Assembly: GCA_964452555.1 (NCBI GenBank)
Contig: CAYVMI010000002.1
Coordinates: 153,414-217,413 of the forward strand
Source of the DNA: an uncultured Desulfobacterales bacterium
Lineage (GTDB): Bacteria; Desulfobacterota; Desulfobacteria; Desulfobacterales; B30-G6
Length of the DNA: 64,000 nt
Direction of reading: 5' to 3'
The notes under the pieces were generated by a model, which was given only the letters and a program-made list of their open reading frames with translations, did no database searches and was not told the origin of the DNA. Positions 30,590 through 40,976 of the stretch are shown in pieces. The position numbers and the translations under genes were made by a program. Position 1 is the stretch's first letter, and each line of letters starts with the position of its first letter.

Positions 30590-30753
30590 GATATGCTCCA
30601 GAGTTTCAGGCTTTATTGCTGTTGTTTAAAATCGTACCAGGATCCTTATGTCATGCAATAATCTACTTAGAAATTTACCAAACAGGATAACGAATGTAAA
30701 GATCATTGTTATCAATAACTTTTTTTATGAATTAAAACCAATTAGCATTTAAT

Positions 30754-33063
30754 TTATGGAACACCGATAAGTGAAAAAGGTGCCCAATAATATGGATGCG
30801 GATAGTGGTCCATAATATGGAGTTGGGCCATCCTTAACGCCGGCAACATACCTTCGTGAGGAATTTTTTCGTAAAATTGTACCATCAATTCCTTGGTTGC
30901 CTGGTCGTCCACCTTCCACAAACTGGAGACAATTGTGCTGGTACCGGCATAGAAGAAACCACGTGTAAAACCGACAACGTCATCGCCCCCGGCGATTTGG
31001 CCAAGACCCGTATCACAGGCGCTTAATGTCACCAGGTCGGCATCGAACTGCAACCCAAAAAGTTCGCCCACTGTAAGAAGTCCATCATTTTGGTTGTCTG
31101 GGGCGAGAAGCAGTGCGGATTCTAAGGGCTTTTCATCATTAAAAGTGCCATGGCTTGCAAAATGCAGGATGTTAAACTTGGCGCCTTTTTGTTTGATATA
31201 TGATTCCGTGGCATCCCCCCTCAACAAAACGGTGGAATTTGGGAATTGTTCAGAGATGGAAACCACTTCCTCCTGCGAGAATTTAAGATCGTAGCGTGGA
31301 TCTTGAAGGTCTGGGTTTCCAAGAATGAGCACAGGTGCATTGCTTGAAAGTGACTTTTTTCTTAAATAGCGAAGAACTGTCGCGCTGGGGAGTGACCGCA
31401 CTTCATATCGCTTTACCAAATATTCTTTTCCATCATTTAAAGCACTGAAAGGTAAATAGTGCAGTTGCCCATGGGGGACTACTGTAAGCCTTTTTCCGGA
31501 GATGAAATTGCTGACGGGTTCTATTAATTGGCTGTATAGCTTGCGGCTCCATTGAAGGTGTTCGGGGGCGTCAGGGATGACTAAAGATTTTCGGAAATGC
31601 GCAATGTTTTGGGCAAGGTCATTCAACGGATTTTTAATCCCTCGAATACCTTGCTGATTAAGAACAAAAATAAAAAGGTTTTCCTCGCTCGTATAGTACT
31701 CGATCAAAGTCTCCTCTGGATGGAGAAACTCCTGAATCTTTTTGACGGGTGTATTGCTTACACTTACAAGCGAAGCAAGCTCCGGATCCATATTGGAAAG
31801 GGATTTTTTCAGCTTAACCATGACACCCCGATGTTTGCTTTGGGCAGTTTGTTCCGAAGGCAATGGCGCGGCTTCAAGTTTTTGTAGCTGATTAACCAAA
31901 GCGTTGGCGTTCCCGGAACTGGATTCTCTATGGGTAAATGTTTTCTGGGAGGCTAGTAGGTCAACCAGGGCCCTGGCTTTTGCTCGTTCAACTGTCTCAA
32001 AGGCCTGGTCCGTCATTCCTTTTTGCAAAAGTAGATCTGTTAATTCATGATAAATGCTTTGCTTGTCGCCGACAAAACCGATTCGTCCCGTATCGGTATC
32101 TATGGTAGCCCTCTGACGTTCAATCAGTTCGGATGCTCTCACTAACAATTCAACCGCCCTATCCGGATTATTCTGAAGCTTGGCGATTCGTGCGCGGTCA
32201 AGAAGAATAACCCAATGCATACCTCCCAGCTCTGTTATGCGTGGATGATCCAATAGGCTGTCATATCCGGATGCTGCTTCAGATAGTCTTTCCAACTCAT
32301 ATAAACACTTGGCGCGGATAAAATATTTGGGAACATCCTGAAAGTCGGAATCATAATGCATTTGTAAGGAGGGAGGGACCTTGGCATTGGGATTGTTTAT
32401 GGAAGCCAATGCCTTTGAATAGTTACCGGCCGCCAGGTAAATTTTGCTTATGCCAATAAATTTTTCCGGGCCTATATTGCTGTTGGCAAGGCTTACATGG
32501 GAAATTGCCTGGGCATCTTGTTCAGCTTTCTGAATACTGCCAGTCAGGGCAAAGGCGATGCCCCGTGTAGTTAACAGATGGATCAAATGGTAACGGTAGA
32601 AGTATTGCTTGTCCCGGCCATTCTGGTGCAGCATGGTATAAGCCCAGCTGGCGTCGGTGATGGCATCATCAAAATTCCCTAAATCTAATTTGGCTCTTGC
32701 TCGAAGTAAGATCGGCGTTACAGCGATGTCCATTCTATAATATTTATCTTCACCGGCATCGATTTTTTCTTGTAACACGGAGAGTTCCGAAAACAGGCGG
32801 TCATATATTTTAAGGGCATAGAGAGCCTCACATAGCCACATTTGCTCCCATGATGATAGGCGTGCGCCACGTCCTTTTTTTCGATCTAAAAAATCTTTGA
32901 GTCCAGCAAAGTTGTTGGATTGTGCGAGGTTGCCGATGTGAATATCATCATTGGTGGATACGACGCCAACATTGGAATTGTTTGTTGGCTGGATTGGGAC
33001 TTGTCCACAAAAAGTCAGAAGCAGGCATCCAACAACAACTAATATGGTTTTCCTTAGTTTCAT
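30754..33063 (-). CDS. TPR/CHAT-domain protein, probably exported
   Basis: Signal-like N-terminus, TPR-like helices, ERAKARAL, HFASHG, LSACDTG, SSLWKVDD, HPYYWAPF. Confidence 0.92.
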   Translation of the reverse strand: MKLRKTILVVVGCLLLTFCGQVPIQPTNNSNVGVVSTNDDIHIGNLAQSNNFAGLKDFLDRKKGRGARLSSWEQMWLCEALYALKIYDRLFSELSVLQEKIDAGEDKYYRMDIAVTPILLRARAKLDLGNFDDAITDASWAYTMLHQNGRDKQYFYRYHLIHLLTTRGIAFALTGSIQKAEQDAQAISHVSLANSNIGPEKFIGISKIYLAAGNYSKALASINNPNAKVPPSLQMHYDSDFQDVPKYFIRAKCLYELERLSEAASGYDSLLDHPRITELGGMHWVILLDRARIAKLQNNPDRAVELLVRASELIERQRATIDTDTGRIGFVGDKQSIYHELTDLLLQKGMTDQAFETVERAKARALVDLLASQKTFTHRESSSGNANALVNQLQKLEAAPLPSEQTAQSKHRGVMVKLKKSLSNMDPELASLVSVSNTPVKKIQEFLHPEETLIEYYTSEENLFIFVLNQQGIRGIKNPLNDLAQNIAHFRKSLVIPDAPEHLQWSRKLYSQLIEPVSNFISGKRLTVVPHGQLHYLPFSALNDGKEYLVKRYEVRSLPSATVLRYLRKKSLSSNAPVLILGNPDLQDPRYDLKFSQEEVVSISEQFPNSTVLLRGDATESYIKQKGAKFNILHFASHGTFNDEKPLESALLLAPDNQNDGLLTVGELFGLQFDADLVTLSACDTGLGQIAGGDDVVGFTRGFFYAGTSTIVSSLWKVDDQATKELMVQFYEKIPHEGMLPALRMAQLHIMDHYPHPYYWAPFSLIGVP

Positions 33064-33189
33064 CTTCATCCTTTCTGAAAGAAACAGTGAGATACTAATA
33101 TGATTGGGCAGAATAGACAATTGTTTCAGATAGATTTGAGGTGCACAATTTACTATGGAAAAGTTGAAACTCAGTACCTGGATCTTGCA

Positions 33190-33361
33190 CGAGTCGGAGG
33201 CTTTCATAGGCAAGGCGTCCTAAGGGATGACTTCGCCTTTGCCACCTCGACAAGTTTCGGCCGAGGCCGAGACAGTGTTTTTTACCCTGTCCCGTCGTAG
33301 CTCGAAGAGCGAAGTCGGATTCGATCCCTTGGCAACGCAGCATATGGAAGCCTCCGGCTCG
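33190..33361. repeat. Long nested palindrome
   Basis: cgagtcggaggctttcatagg-CAAGG...AACGCAG-catatggaagcctccggctcg with internal hairpins (gctc-gaa-gagc). Confidence 0.75.
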
Positions 33362-33552
33362 CCCTCCGGGTGAAATTTGATGAGTGCAAAAGGGCTTTCA
33401 TCCGCAAAACCCAATGGGTTAATTGAACACAAGCTGTGAAAGGTCCTATATCCGTCTCAATTAAAGGTTTGAGAAAATTTCATCAAATTTCATGCAAGAT
33501 TCAGGTAGTAGAAAAATAGTAAAAGGCAGTTTTGCCTCATCTCACACTTATT

Positions 33553-34752
33553 TCATGGCTTCGCCTCTTTATCAATGGCCAGCTGTACTTGCCTGTAAAA
33601 GGCTAATCGCTTTTTGCTCTGATCGCCACCTTGATGATCAGAGGCCTGCGGCCAGTTACTGTTGGAAGCGATGACCAGTTTCCGTTTGGGGTCGATGAAG
33701 ATCCCCTGGCCGAAGATCCCCCGCGCAGTGTAAGCGCCATCATTCAAAGCCCACCATTGATAGCCGTAGCCATATTCAGGTGAAGTTGTAGCAACCTGTT
33801 TCATGGTGGCTTCCGCAATCCAACCGTCGGGCAATACCGGCTTGCCATCTACGATACCGCCTCCCAGTATGAACAGGCCAAAGCGGGCAAAATCGCGGGT
33901 TGTCGCCTGTATGCAGCACCCGCTGATCTCATGGCCTGTAGATCCCAGCAGCCAGCTGGCATCCAGCTCCATGCCAAAAGGCTCCCAGATTTTTTCCGAC
34001 AGATAGTCAGACAAGCTCTTTCCGGTGGCCGAACTGGCCAGTACACCGATTAAATTGGTCTCGCCGGTCTTATATACCCATCTTGTGCCGGGAGGTAACT
34101 CACGTTTTAATTGGCGCATATAACTCACGGTTGCATCAACACCGGGCTCGGCCTTATGGGCGTTAAACATTGCGACGTCGGAATTGGGATCGCCATAATC
34201 CTCATTCCATTTTACGCCAGATGTCATTGTCATCAACTGTTTGATGGTAACATTATCATAAACCGATCCTTTGAGGTCGGGAATGTAGTCCGACACCATG
34301 TCATTGATACTTTTGATATACCCGTCCTTGATTGCCGCACCTACCAGGGTAGAGGTGAATGATTTGGCAACGGAAAAGCTGGTCCAGCGTTTTCCGGGGC
34401 CGAAGTCGAGCCCGTATTTCTCAAGACGGATTTTACCGTCTTGAACGATCACCAAAGCGGCCGTACGCTGGTCCATCATATACGCATCGACATCTATACC
34501 GACATCAAGCGGTGCACCCATGGGTAAATGCTGAACTTTTTCACCGGCGGGGATGACCCGGGATTTCACAAGGATAGGCATGCGGTCCATGGCGCGAAAA
34601 GCTGCATCGCGCTGGGATGTTGACCAGAAGAGGACATCTTTGTTTGTTGGCAGGTTTAAGATCACCCGGCGCATATCCTTGTCAAGCGTCCCCCAGAATA
34701 TACCGCATACAAGCACCAGCACGACCAGTATTGAAATGATCCATTTCCGCAT
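33553..34752 (-). CDS. Serine hydrolase, beta-lactamase/NylB-like
   Basis: SFSVAKS (SxxK), WVYKT, YGYQWW, GIFGQ. Confidence 0.92.
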   Translation of the reverse strand: MRKWIISILVVLVLVCGIFWGTLDKDMRRVILNLPTNKDVLFWSTSQRDAAFRAMDRMPILVKSRVIPAGEKVQHLPMGAPLDVGIDVDAYMMDQRTAALVIVQDGKIRLEKYGLDFGPGKRWTSFSVAKSFTSTLVGAAIKDGYIKSINDMVSDYIPDLKGSVYDNVTIKQLMTMTSGVKWNEDYGDPNSDVAMFNAHKAEPGVDATVSYMRQLKRELPPGTRWVYKTGETNLIGVLASSATGKSLSDYLSEKIWEPFGMELDASWLLGSTGHEISGCCIQATTRDFARFGLFILGGGIVDGKPVLPDGWIAEATMKQVATTSPEYGYGYQWWALNDGAYTARGIFGQGIFIDPKRKLVIASNSNWPQASDHQGGDQSKKRLAFYRQVQLAIDKEAKP

Positions 34753-34794
34753 GACTACTCCTTCATTTTTTCCTCAAAGTTATTATACATTCCC

Positions 34795-35373
34795 TCAGGA
34801 AGGCATACAAAGCAGGGCCTTTATTTTGGTTTCAAACAAGTTGGCGGCATAGGCTGGTTTTAAGACAACGGCTGTGTCGGCGCCTCTATGGCTGCCTCCA
34901 ATGGCGACAACATCCTGGTCGGGTGTAATGTACCCGGCTTCGGCTGCCATGATGGAGATTTCAACGCAAACCTTTATACCGTGGCAGAACATACGCAAGC
35001 TGTCGGCAACGATGTTCAGAGGCAGCATTCCGGTCTTGTATTTGTTCTGGAAACCTTTTTCGGTTGCGCTGAGGGCGTGCATACCCCGAACGATGGTGAT
35101 GTCTTTGGCCAAGAGTTCATCCCGGTTTTGCATAAACTTTTCCGCTTCTTCGGGAAACCTGCTGCCCGCAGAATAGGTGACGGCAACGATGTCCGCCCCG
35201 GCGGGTGCCTTTGCATGCAGCCTCAAGGCTGTTTCGCCGGTGGAAGAGGCAACCACGAGTTTTGCTATCTTCCGCTCTCTACTGCATTCCAGGGCGATAT
35301 CGAGCGTCCTGTCGGTATTGACCGGTCCTTTGCTATCGAAATAGAAAATTTTATTTTCTTGTCCAGATGTCAT
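34795..35373 (-). CDS. Pyruvate-kinase C-terminal-like domain protein
   Basis: GPVNT, VVASSTGETA, GIKVCVEISIMAAEAG, GGSHRGADTA. Confidence 0.8.
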   Translation of the reverse strand: MTSGQENKIFYFDSKGPVNTDRTLDIALECSRERKIAKLVVASSTGETALRLHAKAPAGADIVAVTYSAGSRFPEEAEKFMQNRDELLAKDITIVRGMHALSATEKGFQNKYKTGMLPLNIVADSLRMFCHGIKVCVEISIMAAEAGYITPDQDVVAIGGSHRGADTAVVLKPAYAANLFETKIKALLCMPS

Positions 35374-35475
35374 TTTTTCTCTTTTTCTTTTATTTTGATT
35401 GCTTGGTTCATGGATCAAGTGTGCCGTTGATCCTTAATGTATCTCAATAAAATTCAAGCATAGCCTCTAATTATA

Positions 35476-35955
35476 TCAAGCGAGTTTCTTAACCAACTCG
35501 GCAACCCGCCGTCCAAGTTTGCGTCCGTTCTCCAGGGTCCCGGCATCCGGCGCACCGACACAGGCGGTCCCATAATGTCCCGTGGCCGACAGGGGGTCAC
35601 CCACGATGATCATGCCGTAGATCAACAATGCCTGGATAATTGACATCATGGTGGTTTCCTTGCCGCCGCTGGCATCTCCTGCTGTGCTGAAGGCGGCGCC
35701 AACCTTGTTTTCCATTTTTCTGCGGACGCCCACAAATTCGTCCAAAACCTTTTTCAGCTGCGCTGCCATGGTGCCGAAATAAACCGGTGACCCGACAATA
35801 AGCCCCCCGGCCGATACGAAGTCGTCTTTAGTCACATCTTTGGTATGGCGCAGCACGGCTTCGATACCTTCGACCTGGGCAGCGCCTTCAGCTATGGCAT
35901 CGGCCAGTTTGCGCGTGTTGCCACCTTTGGAATAGTATAAAATTAAAACCTTCAT
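35476..35955 (-). CDS. Flavodoxin-like NAD(P)H oxidoreductase (WrbA-like)
   Basis: YYSKGGNT, GSPVYFG, GGKETT. Confidence 0.9.
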   Translation of the reverse strand: MKVLILYYSKGGNTRKLADAIAEGAAQVEGIEAVLRHTKDVTKDDFVSAGGLIVGSPVYFGTMAAQLKKVLDEFVGVRRKMENKVGAAFSTAGDASGGKETTMMSIIQALLIYGMIIVGDPLSATGHYGTACVGAPDAGTLENGRKLGRRVAELVKKLA

Positions 35956-36114
35956 TTTGCCCCCTTTGATCTATAATAAATTATATTTTGTGCGCTTTTT
36001 CCTGCAAGGAGAGATAAAATATAATGCGGGCCGGCATAAATCAAGAAAATCCGGCAATGTGCGATTGCGGCAATAACCATTAAAAACCGGGTAAAGTCCA
36101 CTAATGCTAAAATC

Positions 36115-36166
36115 AAAAATGGACGACCTGGGTATATAGCATTTTTGCCAAAAAGGAGGTCGTCCG
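36115..36166 (-). terminator. Possible terminator hairpin after the hydrolase gene
   Basis: GGACGACCT...AGGTCGTCC inverted repeat with a long loop, followed by ATTTTT on the minus strand. Confidence 0.4.
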
Positions 36167-36266
36167 ATTGATAAAGCAGCAAACTTAGCCACGGAATTTC
36201 ATCCAGGAAATTTTACATTAAGGCAGATTTAACCTCCTTTAAGGCTAGTAAGCAGACTTGAGTATT

Positions 36267-37226
36267 TTAAAGGATATGCATCCGATTCTGTTTGTCGTCC
36301 ACATGGACTCTGCCGGTCTTGATCGTATTAAACAGATGGTCGAATACGACCCCGATATTGCCGTTTTCATCATCCAGAAAATAAGAATGCCCTTTGGGAT
36401 AGTCGTATTTGTTGTTGAAATTGTCACAATCGATTGCAAATACATTCGAGCGTGTTTTTTGCATATCTTCCGGGCCGGTGTGCCCAAGTCTTCGGGAAGC
36501 AACTTTATTTTTTAAATTTGATATTTTGCTCGATCGGAGTGCAAGATCGTCCGATGCAAAATATACGGAAACATTTCTGGACGACTGACTGATCAATCGT
36601 CCTTTCTGGTCCGTCTCCAGCGATTCATTCACAATGTCTGCCGCCATCAGAATGGTATTTCTGAAAAGTAAAGGCACGCCACTGGCCAAATCATACTTGT
36701 CCCATGCCGAGAGTGTCTCCCGCAACACTCTGTTTCCCATGGAATGGGCCAGAATATTGATACGCTTCAAGCAAGGCGCATCTTCAGGCGCCGTGTCTCT
36801 CCAGGCCATAAAAAATTGTAGTACGCGGGAAAAGGAAAACGCGCTTAAGTCGGCAGATTTCTGGTCGTCCCAATAGTCTTTGACAATGCCCATATCATTG
36901 TCACAGGGCCAGATCATCGGGACCACCATTACTAAATCAGTCTCTTTCGTGTTGAAATAGGCCTGCAGTTTTTCGACTCTTGGGAAGATATCGGGTTCGG
37001 GCAGGTTCGAGAAACCGTGAATGAAAAACAGCAACTGCTCCACATTGCTGTCCCTGAGCTTTGACATTAATCCTTCGGAACCGATTTCTATGTAGTTGTC
37101 TCTACTTACTCGTTCGCAGTAATAAATAGAATTGGATGGAGCATTTTTGTTAAGATCGAATTTATAAGAGCGGCCTCTTCTAGTACGAATCGAACCTTTA
37201 GGTTCTCGATTTGTAATAAATAGCAT
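36267..37226 (-). CDS. Alpha/beta hydrolase (DUF900-like)
   Basis: FIHGFSN, AHSMG, D.AL..S, RLG..GP, HSYF. Confidence 0.88.
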   Translation of the reverse strand: MLFITNREPKGSIRTRRGRSYKFDLNKNAPSNSIYYCERVSRDNYIEIGSEGLMSKLRDSNVEQLLFFIHGFSNLPEPDIFPRVEKLQAYFNTKETDLVMVVPMIWPCDNDMGIVKDYWDDQKSADLSAFSFSRVLQFFMAWRDTAPEDAPCLKRINILAHSMGNRVLRETLSAWDKYDLASGVPLLFRNTILMAADIVNESLETDQKGRLISQSSRNVSVYFASDDLALRSSKISNLKNKVASRRLGHTGPEDMQKTRSNVFAIDCDNFNNKYDYPKGHSYFLDDENGNIGVVFDHLFNTIKTGRVHVDDKQNRMHIL

Positions 37227-37318
37227 CTTAGCACCTCCATTCTAAGGGTTTATGTTTCAGTACAATTTAAATTGATAGTTACGTCGGGTTTGGGCTTGAA
37301 AGTTTGTCTGGCCTTTTT

Positions 37319-37708
37319 TTAGGTCACCTTTGCAATTACACGGATCTCAATTAGAGCGCCTTCGACCGCCAACTCAGAAATTCCAATTGCTGTCCATGCC
37401 GGATAAATTTCCTTAATAAATTCATCTTTAATGCGTTTGAAATCCTCAAAATGGTCCTTCAGGCCGACATGATAAGTTGTCATTTCAACAATATCATCCA
37501 ACGTCAGGCCGGCCTCTTCCAATGACATTTCAATTTTTCGAAAAGAAGTTCGGATTTGTTCTTCAATATTTGCTGAAATTGGTTTGCCCGGCATCGCACC
37601 AGTACAACCCTATACGAAGAGGAAATCACCACTTTTGATAGCTGGTGAGAAATGCCAATCTGTGTAGCTGCTAGTAAGAGCTGATGGAACTATACTTTTT
37701 TTGTCCAT
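37319..37708 (-). pseudogene. RidA/YjgF family gene interrupted by an in-frame TAG
   Basis: RBS AGGAG plus ATG 37708: ...FSPAIKSGDFLFV*GCTGAMPG...YPAWTAIGISEL...IEI; TAG at 37612-37610. Confidence 0.85.
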
Positions 37709-38022
37709 ATGATCTCCTGAAATATTTTGAAGGCATAACAGTGTTGATAGATAGAAAAAATTCTATATAACACCCTTATGGGATGGAAAAATATCTATCT
37801 ATTATTACCAATAGGCTGATAGGTGGAAAATCAGATTTTGTTATTTAGATATACTGATCTTAAAGCCTAATATCATGGAAAACAAGTAATAATTTGAGCG
37901 ATCATTAAGCGGAGGACAAGAACCACAAAAGGAGACCTGCATATTCAGGGTTATGATGTGTCCATGTCGTTTAGAAATGATCTCGTATCAACATGGTTAT
38001 AAAGATAAAGACTGCATAGAAT

Positions 38023-38059
38023 AAAAAACCGTAAGCAATGTGCTGCTTACGGCTTTTTA
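38023..38059. terminator. Hairpin flanked by A and T tracts; also a short AGC-heptad copy
   Basis: aaaaaa-ccgtaagca-atgtgc-tgcttacgg-cttttt. Confidence 0.65.
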
Positions 38060-38186
38060 TCTAAGTACTGTAGTTACCCTGTTAATGAGTCGTCATGGGC
38101 GAGGGCTTTTGGTTACCGCTTAAACCATAACCCCATCTTCAACCCGACACCCCAGAACCCCTTCAAACCTCCAACCCTCAGGATTT

Positions 38187-39641
38187 TTATCCCGCCAAAC
38201 ACGGCTTGCGTGCAGCCGCAGTTTCATCCAGGCGACGAACCTTGGTGCGGACCGGAGCCTGCAGGAGCAGTTCCGGGTTTTCCTCGGCTTCCTTGGAGAT
38301 GGCCTTGAGTGCATTGATGAAGCGGTCGATGTCCTCCTTGGATTCGGTTTCGGTGGGTTCCACCATCAAGGCCCCTTGCACCACCAAGGGAAAGTAGATC
38401 GTGGGCGGATGAAAGCCGTAGTCGATCAGGCGCTTGGCAATATCCAGTGTACTGACCTTGTGTTCCTGCTGGTGCTTGTCGTTGAATACGCATTCGTGCA
38501 TGCAGGGCTGGTCGTAGGCCAGGTGATAGGTATCCCTTAGGCTCTCCTTGATGTAATTGGCATTCAGCACGGCCAACTGGCTCGCTTTTTTAAGATCCTT
38601 GCCCATGGATAAAATATAGGAATAGGCTCGGATTTGAATGCCAAAATTGCCGTAAAAGGCATGCACCTTGCCGATGGATTCCGGGAAGTCGTCGGACAAT
38701 TCAAAGCCGTCTTTTACCTCGATCACCCTGGGAACCGGCAGAAAGGGTTCCAGGTCCCTGGTCACACAGACGGGGCCACTGCCGGGTCCGCCCCCGCCAT
38801 GTGGCGTGGAGAACGTTTTGTGGAGGTTGAGGTGCAGGACATCTACGCCCAACTGGGCCATGTCCACCATACCCATGACGGCATTCATATTGGCGCCGTC
38901 GGCATATACCAGACCGCCCTTTGCATGTACGATGTCGGCGATCTGTTTAATATGGGTTTCAAAAAGTCCTAATGTATTGGGATTGGTCACCATGATACCG
39001 GCGGTGTCTTCATCCATGAGGGCTTCCACATCCTCGGGCGCTAGAATCCCCTCCGCATTGGAGGCAACCGGAATGGATTGAAAACCGCACAGGGCTGCGC
39101 TGGCGGGGTTGGTGCCGTGGGCCGTATCCGGGATCAGGATTTTGGTGCGCTTTTGATTGTTCTTTTGGTGCCAGGCATAAAACAGGAGCATGCCGGTGAG
39201 CTCGCCGTGGGCTCCGGCCGCAGGTTGCAGGCTAACGGCCGGCAGGCCGGTTACTTCAGCCAGATAAATCTGCAAGTCGTGCATGATCTTCAATACGCCC
39301 TGGGAGAGACTGGCCGGCAGCAACGGATGGGCCTGGGCAAAGCCGGGCAGGGAGGCCTGGCGTTCATTGGTTTTGGGGTTGTATTTCATGGTACAGGATC
39401 CCAAGGGATACATACCGGTGTCCACGCCGAAATTCCAGGTGCTCAGGTGAGTGTAGTGTCTGACCACCTCCACCTCGCTCAAATCAGGAAAATCGGGACC
39501 ATCGCCGGTAAGGTCATCCGCCATCGGAGCTTCGGGTACATCACTCTTGGGCAGGGACATGCCCATACGCCCTTTTCTACCCCGCTCCCACAGGAAGGGC
39601 TCATCTAAAATCAGGCCTGAGATTCCAAGTGCATTTTTCAT
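38187..39641 (-). CDS. gcvPB: Glycine dehydrogenase (decarboxylating) subunit 2
   Basis: YPLGSCTMKYNP, AHGTNPASA, HLNLHKTFSTPHGGGGPG; ATGA overlap with gcvPA. Confidence 0.96.
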   Translation of the reverse strand: MKNALGISGLILDEPFLWERGRKGRMGMSLPKSDVPEAPMADDLTGDGPDFPDLSEVEVVRHYTHLSTWNFGVDTGMYPLGSCTMKYNPKTNERQASLPGFAQAHPLLPASLSQGVLKIMHDLQIYLAEVTGLPAVSLQPAAGAHGELTGMLLFYAWHQKNNQKRTKILIPDTAHGTNPASAALCGFQSIPVASNAEGILAPEDVEALMDEDTAGIMVTNPNTLGLFETHIKQIADIVHAKGGLVYADGANMNAVMGMVDMAQLGVDVLHLNLHKTFSTPHGGGGPGSGPVCVTRDLEPFLPVPRVIEVKDGFELSDDFPESIGKVHAFYGNFGIQIRAYSYILSMGKDLKKASQLAVLNANYIKESLRDTYHLAYDQPCMHECVFNDKHQQEHKVSTLDIAKRLIDYGFHPPTIYFPLVVQGALMVEPTETESKEDIDRFINALKAISKEAEENPELLLQAPVRTKVRRLDETAAARKPCLAG

Positions 39642-40972
39642 GAGGCCACCTCCTCGACCAGCAGGTCCATATCGGGCTTGTCCATGGTTTCGGTCACACA
39701 CATGAGATAGTGATCGCTTAGCTCTGGATAATCCTTTTCCAGCGGCAGACCAGCCACGATATTTTTATCCAGCATCTTTTGATAGGTTGCAGCAAAACCC
39801 TGCGGGAACTTAACCACGAATTCGTTGAAAACCGGCGATTCAAAGGGAATTTCAAATCCGGCATCAACCAGCGCCTTTTGCAAATAAGCGGCCTTGTCGT
39901 GATTCAATTGGGCCAGCCTGCGAATACCGGTTCCGCCTACGGTGGCCATATACATGGCGGCGGCCGTGGCGCACAGCCCCTGGTTGGAGCAGATATTGGA
40001 AGTGGCCTTCTCCCTGCGGATATGCTGTTCGCGGGTGGAGAGGGTTAAGACAAATCCCCGCTTGCCTTCAATATCCTGGGTTTTGCCCACCAGGCGTCCC
40101 GGCATGGACCGCATGTAGTTTTTTCGGGCGGCAAAAATACCCAAACCCGGGCCCCCAAAAGATCTGGGAATACCCAAGCTCTGGCCTTCACCGCAGGACA
40201 CGTCGGCACCCAGGCTGCCCGGGTTTTTAAGCAGGCCATAAGCCAAAGGTTCGGTAAACCCCACGATGAAAAGCGTTTTTTTGGCGGTATGAATCGTATC
40301 ACCCAAGGCCTGCAGGTTTTCGATGCAGCCGAAATAATTGGGAGACTGGACGGCAATGCCGGCATAGCTTTCCAGGTCGTCGATTGCGCTCAAATCTGTT
40401 TGCCCGGCGGCTGTCATGGGCAGTTCCTCTACCTCGAACTCGGTGGGTGCAAAGTAGGTTTGGACCACCTGCCGGTACAGGGGATGTATCAGCCGCGAAA
40501 CCGCCACCTTTTTACGGCGGGTGACGCGAATGGCCATCAGCAGCGCTTCCGCCAGTGCCGATGCGCCATCGTACATGGAAGCATTGGCCACATCCAGGCC
40601 CAACAGACGCGTAATCAGTGTCTGGTATTCGTAGATGGCCTGCAGGGTTCCCTGGCTGATTTCGGGCTGGTAGGGTGTATAGGCCGTATAGAATTCAGAC
40701 CGGCCCAGCAGTTGTTTGACAACTTCCGGAATATAGTGGTCGTAAGAGCCGGCACCGACAAATACACGGGATTCCGGGCAGACGGCCATCTGGTCTGCCA
40801 GCCGGCCCATGTGGTTGTTGAGTTCCCACTCGGTCATGGCTTCGGGCAGGTTGAGGTCGGTCTGCCGGCGGCAGTCCTTGGGTATGGAAGCAAACAACGC
40901 ATCCAGACTATCGACGCCGATTTTCTCCAACATGCTGTCGATGTCTGCTTGGGTATGCGGTAAATATCTCAT
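39638..40972 (-). CDS. gcvPA: Glycine dehydrogenase (decarboxylating) subunit 1
   Basis: TAYTPYQPEISQG, NASMYDGA, TREQHIRREKATSNIC. Confidence 0.96.
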   Translation of the reverse strand: MRYLPHTQADIDSMLEKIGVDSLDALFASIPKDCRRQTDLNLPEAMTEWELNNHMGRLADQMAVCPESRVFVGAGSYDHYIPEVVKQLLGRSEFYTAYTPYQPEISQGTLQAIYEYQTLITRLLGLDVANASMYDGASALAEALLMAIRVTRRKKVAVSRLIHPLYRQVVQTYFAPTEFEVEELPMTAAGQTDLSAIDDLESYAGIAVQSPNYFGCIENLQALGDTIHTAKKTLFIVGFTEPLAYGLLKNPGSLGADVSCGEGQSLGIPRSFGGPGLGIFAARKNYMRSMPGRLVGKTQDIEGKRGFVLTLSTREQHIRREKATSNICSNQGLCATAAAMYMATVGGTGIRRLAQLNHDKAAYLQKALVDAGFEIPFESPVFNEFVVKFPQGFAATYQKMLDKNIVAGLPLEKDYPELSDHYLMCVTETMDKPDMDLLVEEVAS

Positions 40973-40976
40973 GGTA

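Noticed and set aside
33190-33440. Riboswitch upstream of the CHAT gene
   Set aside because: No recognisable aptamer consensus; better explained as a member of the palindromic repeat family
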